Source: Hemiscyllium ocellatum
Taxonomy: Eukaryota
Length of the DNA: 64,000 nt
NCBI RefSeq assembly: GCF_020745735.1
Contig: NC_083427.1
Location: forward strand, 2,077,438 to 2,141,437
Reading direction: 5' to 3'
Position 1 is the stretch's first letter. Each line of letters opens with the position of its first letter. The notes under the pieces are model-generated. The model saw nothing but the letters and a program-made list of their open reading frames with translations. It had not been told where the DNA came from and made no database searches. The position numbers and the translations under genes are program-made. This document shows positions 63,348 to 64,000 of this stretch, piece after piece.

Positions 63348-63665
63348 TCAAACCAGAGAAGCCACATCTCCGCCTCCTGCCTCCATCACCAAACGAGGTT
63401 CAAAACGGCACCTCTGCTACTCTCACATGCTTGATAAGAGGATTCTACCCTGACGAAATACGAGTAAACTGGGAGAAAGACGGAGCTTCTGTCAGTACAA
63501 ACATCACCATTTTCCCCACTGCTCTGGAACAGAACTTGACCTACAGCACACGGAGCCTCCTCGTTTTACCTGCAGTGGAATGGAAGAGCGGAGCAAAATA
63601 CACCTGTACTGCCTCTCATCCATCTTCACAGTCCACCGTGAAAAGGGAAATCAGCCATCCGAAAG
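63348..63665 (+). CDS. IgNAR: IgNAR constant domain C3 exon
   Basis: ttacag| ... G|gtaag; 318 nt, open. Reads (V)KPEKPHLRLLPPSPNEVQNGTSATLTCLIRGFYPDEIRVNWEKDG...EWKSGAKYTCTASHPSSQSTVKREISHPK. Confidence 0.97.
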
Positions 63666-64000
63666 GTAAGCAACCATTCCCACAGTTATCATTTTGTGGT
63701 AAATATCAACGCAACATGAAACCATGACCAAACATTCCAAGTTTCCACCAACTTTAAAATGCACAAAACCTCTTGAAATGAAACAATTTTCATACATTGT
63801 ACACGGGTTGACAGGAGAAACAATAATATCCCACAAACACGTAGGCTCAGGCAGTGTCAAGTCTGCTGATACAAAGAACGGATAGAGCCCTCTTTTGGCA
63901 CGTTGGCAGTGTCTGTGCACTGGACGAAGAGTTGCACGTTTACTTCCCACCTGCTCCAGAGTGTTGTCTTGAGCCTGTCTGAACAGGTTGATGAGAAAAA

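Noticed and set aside
63666-64000. IgNAR C4 exon
   Set aside because: No acceptor followed by an Ig-domain frame; the window ends in the intron.

Overview
Cartilaginous-fish (shark, most likely carpet-shark lineage) genomic DNA. The 3' quarter holds one unrearranged IgNAR (heavy-chain-only antibody) cluster on the + strand: leader (47603-47645), type II V (47771-48045), D1-D2-D3, a single J (49381-49425), an 11.1-kb intron, then C1, C2 and C3 exons. All exons are open and all introns are phase-1 GT-AG; C4, C5 and the TM/secretory exons lie outside the window. Two RSS anomalies stand out: the D2 3' heptamer has lost its CAC (CTCAATG), and D3 has two nested candidate 5' RSSs. The first 47 kb and the introns are mostly retroelements: CR1/HER1-type LINEs, HE1 SINEs, Penelope-like elements (PLEs) and a Gypsy remnant. 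The most striking structure is a 3.6-kb head-to-head Poseidon-type Penelope insertion with 1.73-kb inverted arms, a 14-bp TSD and a hammerhead motif in each arm, nested in a Neptune-type PLE. The same geometry (3' ends outward) recurs in several 0.15-0.6-kb PLE-terminus palindromes, three of them TSD-flanked and lying inside IgNAR introns. All family assignments come from recalled motifs, not database searches, and LINE boundaries are approximate.
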